From UHGV virus genome UHGV-1550212: a stretch of DNA of 64,000 nucleotides; one strand, given 5' to 3'. The notes under the pieces are model-generated. The model saw only the letters and a list, made by a program, of their open reading frames with translations. It was not told the DNA's origin and ran no database searches. Origin of the DNA: a virus. Position numbers and translations under genes: made by a program. Positions 63,800 to 64,000 of the stretch are shown here, one piece after another; the stretch's first letter is position 1; each line of letters opens with the position of its first letter.

Positions 63800-64000
63800 A
63801 ACTGCGTTTTTTAAGGTTTGTATAAATCGACATTAAAAGTAGTCATTTCAGATGATATTGCAAAATCGGAATTTCAGCAATCATTTCGGTTGTACGGTCG
63901 TTTTTACAATCGTGCCCTTTGTTCCGACAATAATTACATCCACAGTTTTTTTCGTCTTGGCTGCATTCTGTGCCCAATACCAAAGTGTCGTTACATTCAT

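Noticed and set aside
1-64000. tRNA or other structured RNA genes
   Set aside because: Scanned intergenic regions for T-loop-like GGTTCGAATCC/GTTCGA(A/G)TC contexts with flanking acceptor pairing; the only TTCGAA hits are inside the conserved leader elements. A tRNAscan-type search would be needed to be sure.

Overview
This 64 kb window reads as a densely packed, AT-rich segment of a large virulent dsDNA phage genome, with about 75 genes almost all on the minus strand (three on the plus strand), very short intergenic gaps and frequent overlapping stop/start codons. All calls are from reading the six-frame translations and the DNA by eye; no database search or folding was run. The track accepts GTG/TTG starts, so several starts were moved to the first in-frame ATG consistent with promoters, terminators and upstream stops. 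Main content: (1) a T4-like replication and repair set - a family B DNA polymerase split into two separately promoted ORFs, two SF2 helicases (Rad3/DinG-like and UvsW-like), a fused SbcD-SbcC (Mre11-Rad50) protein, a DEDDh exonuclease and an SSB-like protein; (2) a nucleotide-metabolism and probable DNA-hypermodification module - two ThyA-family enzymes (one with the Asn-to-Asp change typical of cytosine-specific hydroxymethylases), dCMP deaminase, dNMP kinase, MazG-like pyrophosphohydrolase, dUTPase, thioredoxin, a KdsC-like HAD phosphatase and five putative glycosyltransferase-like genes in a duplicated cassette; (3) a recurrent promoter family (GTGCAA-N17-TACAAT on the coding strand), about 13 hairpin/U-tract terminators, and a conserved structured leader element shared by three genes; (4) five genes carrying a G6-G8 homopolymer in their 5' coding region, one of them out of frame, which I read as candidate phase-variable loci; (5) secreted or surface-type proteins (signal-peptide repeat protein, BNR-repeat lipoprotein, papain-like peptidase, lytic transglycosylase). 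No tRNA, rRNA or CRISPR array was recognised.
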